Below, piece after piece: positions 60,827 through 64,000 of a DNA stretch of 64,000 nt. The position numbers were made by a program, and so were the translations under genes. Origin of the DNA: an uncultured virus (IMG/VR IMGVR_UViG_3300031278_000001). Taxonomy: Duplodnaviria > Heunggongvirae > Uroviricota > Caudoviricetes. The stretch is from the IMG/VR virus record IMGVR_UViG_3300031278_000001; one strand, given 5' to 3'. The notes beneath the pieces were generated by a model. The model was given only the letters and a program-made list of their open reading frames with translations. It had not been told where the DNA came from and made no database searches. Each line of letters opens with the position of its first letter. Position 1 is the stretch's first letter.

Positions 60827-61527
60827 AATTCCTCCCTCTTCCAGTATGGAAGTTTAAATTTTTCTCTAAAACTTTTTCCGGAATCTTTCCAGGTATAATG
60901 TTGAATAATAGCATTTGAATTTAAAGAACTCCATTTAAAAAAATCATATGGCAAGGTTCCAACAGATAAATTTTCCTTTCTTACAGCACAGGCTAAACAT
61001 TGCATGTCTCTTCCACAACCAAATTCTTTCCAATATTTATTCCATCTTTCAAAAAATTTTTGGAGTTTTGAAGTGTTCCTAAAACACATCAAAGCACCAT
61101 GCCAAGCATCCAAGGGTAATTTCACGTTAAATGTCTCAATCGCTTTTTTATAAATATTGGGTAAATTCTTCATAGTTAAATGACTCCACAATGGAAAAAG
61201 TAAATCATATCCTTTCAGATATTCAAAAATCTTTTCTACTCCTCTTCTCTGTATTACAGCGTCACAATCAATATATAATGTTTCCTCAAATGGAGTATAT
61301 TTTATTATTTGTGTCTTAATATCACGATTAAGTTTTGTCGGTATATCAAATTTTTGGAAAGAAATACCAGAAATTTCTTTCCATTGTCCATCTCTTTGTC
61401 CCTCTGACAAATTAGTGAGTATACAGATAGGCAAATTAGTGTTCTGACGAGAAATTTTTACAGTAGATACAGCCAATCTATCATATTCCTTTCCAAAAAC
61501 TATTTGAATAATACCCTGTTTCATCAT
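60805..61527 (-). CDS. GT-A glycosyltransferase/nucleotide-diphospho-sugar transferase
   Basis: TPFEETLYIDCD, RDM..L, IQH. Confidence 0.75.
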   Translation of the reverse strand: MMKQGIIQIVFGKEYDRLAVSTVKISRQNTNLPICILTNLSEGQRDGQWKEISGISFQKFDIPTKLNRDIKTQIIKYTPFEETLYIDCDAVIQRRGVEKIFEYLKGYDLLFPLWSHLTMKNLPNIYKKAIETFNVKLPLDAWHGALMCFRNTSKLQKFFERWNKYWKEFGCGRDMQCLACAVRKENLSVGTLPYDFFKWSSLNSNAIIQHYTWKDSGKSFREKFKLPYWKREELWRIHPL

Positions 61528-62035
61528 TTCAAGCACCCCCAATCCCAGACTTTCACTTGAACCTTTAATTTATTTTTCAATGCCCACTCATCAACTGCTT
61601 GCTTTACACCAAATTTCCCTTCTACAGCAGGTCTATTGTAATCATGTCCTGCTATAACTCCACCCTTTTTGATTTTAAACAATAATTTTCTAAATCTTGT
61701 TTTACATATTTATAGCTATGGTTCCCATTTATATAAACAAAATCCAAATTATTAGGAATATCATTTGATTCAGACGATTTTCTTTTTACCCAAACTATTT
61801 TATTTTCAAACTTACTAAGCACCCGCTTTGCCGTTTCAAAATTTCCTTCAAAATTAAAGTTTAAGTTACACTTATATTCTTCATAATGAATATAAGGATC
61901 AATCAAATAAATTTTCTTTATAGGGAGATTTTGTAATATATCTTCTGCATTACCCCCTTGATACACCCCTATTTCAACACCAATTAAATCTTTCCCTAAA
62001 TTATTATTTTTAATAAATTGAATTGATGGTCTCAT
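61524..62035 (-). pseudogene. Methyltransf_24-like gene needing a -1 frameshift
   Basis: GVEIGV..G in frame 0; KIKKGGVIAGHDY..FGVKQAVDEW in the -1 frame; shift at T TTA AAA (61679..61673). Confidence 0.75.
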
Positions 62036-62916
62036 AAGAATCTCTTCTCTACTTTATTTTGCATCGTTCCATAAAACCCTTGTATGGGACAAGCACATCT
62101 TTTAAAAGAGCATATCCCACTCTTAAAATCAGGTAAAATAAAATTGGGATACAACTCCCCTATTTTTTCTTTACTACTAGTACAAGAATAAACATTACCC
62201 TGTTTTACTGTAAAAATACTTTCCCCAGCCAAACACCGTTGTCCCTTCCATGTATAATTTTTATCTTTATATACAGTGTACCATTTCCTATGTTGTGCTG
62301 TTGGCCATATTTTAGGCCAATCCTTTAATGAGTTTGAACCATTAACTAATGGTTTAATATGAACAGGACAATTTGATTTTTTTGCAAATATCAGGGCTTC
62401 ATTAAATTCTTCTCCTAAACCAACCGGATAAGCAACAAGAGTAATCATAACTGAATCTTTAATATTCTTTACAACCGCCTGAACATTTTTTAACCACCTA
62501 TCTAATACCTTTTTTTCCTTCATTTCAGCATAATGACAACTAATATTTACTATTGAATTTGGATTTAATCGCTTTAACCATTTATCATCACTTATCAACA
62601 AACCATTTGTATCAATCACACAAATAAAATCTTTGGGAATGAAATTTAATACCTCTTTAATTGCCTTAATAGAAAAGGGCTCACCTCCCCCAGTAAGTTT
62701 TAAACAAACTTCTTTATTTCTTGCAAGTTGCTTCATTCGTTCCCATATATCAATAGGAATATTTTTTTCAATTTCAGTTACCTGTTGTGAATGAGAATAA
62801 CAATAAGGACATTCCAAAAAACAACAATTAGTAGGACTCCATACTATATATACTACTTCCTTTTTACAAATCCTTTTGCACATTTCTTCTTCAATCTGAT
62901 AAAAATCTTCTTTCAT
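62032..62916 (-). CDS. Radical SAM protein with Cys-rich C-terminus
   Basis: CFLECPYC, GGGEP, DTNG. Confidence 0.85.
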   Translation of the reverse strand: MKEDFYQIEEEMCKRICKKEVVYIVWSPTNCCFLECPYCYSHSQQVTEIEKNIPIDIWERMKQLARNKEVCLKLTGGGEPFSIKAIKEVLNFIPKDFICVIDTNGLLISDDKWLKRLNPNSIVNISCHYAEMKEKKVLDRWLKNVQAVVKNIKDSVMITLVAYPVGLGEEFNEALIFAKKSNCPVHIKPLVNGSNSLKDWPKIWPTAQHRKWYTVYKDKNYTWKGQRCLAGESIFTVKQGNVYSCTSSKEKIGELYPNFILPDFKSGICSFKRCACPIQGFYGTMQNKVEKRFL

Positions 62917-63683
62917 TATAACCTCCCATATAAATTAGATAAAAAAGAAAGATACTGTTTTTTTAAATTAATAAAATCAATTTCAAATAACGAGTTTCTA
63001 CCATCAAATTTATCATATATATACGTTACATCTTTACCCCAAGATTTACCTAAAATAGCTCCATGCAATCTCCCGGTAATTATTTTTTTTGCCGAACCAT
63101 ATGCTTGTTTCATGTCTTCTATTATATCAATATTGAATTTTTTAAATATTTTAGTTTCAGATTGCTCATGACATACTCCTTTTATTAATTCTCCTTTATA
63201 CTCACTAACTATAGTTTTTAAAAGGTCTTCTGGATTGGATCGAGGGAGAGATACCAATAAATAATCTTCAGTGAGCACCCCTGGTTGAATAAATACCACA
63301 GGGCAGCCAATTAACTTTACAATATATCCTTCATTTCTTAAGAAACAATATGTAAAGGGGTCTCTAACTCCTATTGGTTCTACGCATTTTTTAGCTATTA
63401 TAGTAGAACAATTATTCCACAAACTACCCCCAACCATAATTATTTTACAATCTAAATTATATAAAAATCCAGCATTTCCTGTATTTGCACATAGAGATGT
63501 TGCCCCAACTGATATAATACGTTTATATTTAATAATTTCATTTGAGAATATGCTTTTTTCTTGGAGTTTAGGAAGCCCCGCAATTTGCCAAGCTATTCTA
63601 AATCCCCCATCAATTAATAAATTACCTTTGTTGATAGCATAATCACCAACTGTTCCTATTACCCACTCATTGACGTCCAACAC
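62916..63683 (-). CDS. Polysaccharide pyruvyl transferase-like protein
   Basis: NKGN, IGVRD..T, ITGRLHGAI. Confidence 0.75.
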   Translation of the reverse strand: MLDVNEWVIGTVGDYAINKGNLLIDGGFRIAWQIAGLPKLQEKSIFSNEIIKYKRIISVGATSLCANTGNAGFLYNLDCKIIMVGGSLWNNCSTIIAKKCVEPIGVRDPFTYCFLRNEGYIVKLIGCPVVFIQPGVLTEDYLLVSLPRSNPEDLLKTIVSEYKGELIKGVCHEQSETKIFKKFNIDIIEDMKQAYGSAKKIITGRLHGAILGKSWGKDVTYIYDKFDGRNSLFEIDFINLKKQYLSFLSNLYGRL

Positions 63684-64000
63684 CTTCTCCCCATTGATTG
63701 TTATCCCAAAGATTATCCCTTGCTATTTTAATATTTTTAACACTCCTTTTTTCCCAAAAAGACCCTTCTCCAGTTGTAATTCTACTTTCATGTTTTAAAT
63801 GATATAACGGATACTTACTAGTTTTTATTATTGTTATAAGATGAGATGCTCTTTCAAATAAATCTGTATCTTCTCCACCTAAACCAATTAAATTTTCGTT
63901 ATATCCTTTTAACCTGAACCAATCCACTTTCGTCATAGCAAAACAGGCTCCATATCCACCTTTTCTTTTTTTCATACTCTCCCAAGAAACATTATCAATT
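63667..64000 (-). CDS. Glycosyltransferase with GT7-C-like domain (5' end outside window)
   Basis: GYNENLIGLGGEDTDL..R, YHL.H; frame stays open to the window edge. Confidence 0.75.
   Translation of the reverse strand, partial: IDNVSWESMKKRKGGYGACFAMTKVDWFRLKGYNENLIGLGGEDTDLFERASHLITIIKTSKYPLYHLKHESRITTGEGSFWEKRSVKNIKIARDNLWDNNQWGEGVGRQ

Noticed and set aside
103..63171. Plus-strand ORFs in the ORF track
   Set aside because: Nearly all are antisense shadows of minus-strand genes, with Phe/Ser/Ile-rich translations and no recognisable motifs
1..64000. Archaeal virus or cellular chromosome
   Set aside because: Amidase, SLT, M15 peptidase, sigma70 promoters and a tmRNA-like RNA indicate a bacterial host; the head module and gene layout indicate a phage

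Overview
AT-rich, gene-dense segment of a large tailed dsDNA bacteriophage. Essentially all credible genes are on the minus strand. Peptidoglycan hydrolases, sigma70-type promoters, a tmRNA-like RNA and an NrdD glycyl-radical peptide point to a bacterial, probably anaerobic, host. Layout: 1-10 kb head module (major capsid protein, decoration, scaffold, prohead protease, intein-containing portal); 10.7-12.2 kb non-autonomous TnpB element; 16.7-26.7 kb and 46.5-51.6 kb two clusters of very acidic modular proteins; 21-33 kb RNA ligase, one tRNA-Pro and several non-canonical tRNA-like RNAs; 26.8-38.5 kb and 52-58.9 kb small early genes behind repeated sigma70 promoters; 39-46.5 kb lysis, fibre and adk genes; 59-64 kb glycan-modification cluster. 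Main leads: (1) a probable capsid-cargo system, in which proteins carry a T4-CTS-like leader (MKxYxxF) and K-x-[A/G/S] linkers between acidic modules, including tandem Ocr-like domains; (2) a 140-nt mini-tmRNA with a 4-codon tag, plus three tRNA-like RNAs with expanded arms; (3) a 9-aa capsid peptide copied, with only synonymous changes, onto a KH-like protein. All calls come from motif recognition by eye; no searches were run.
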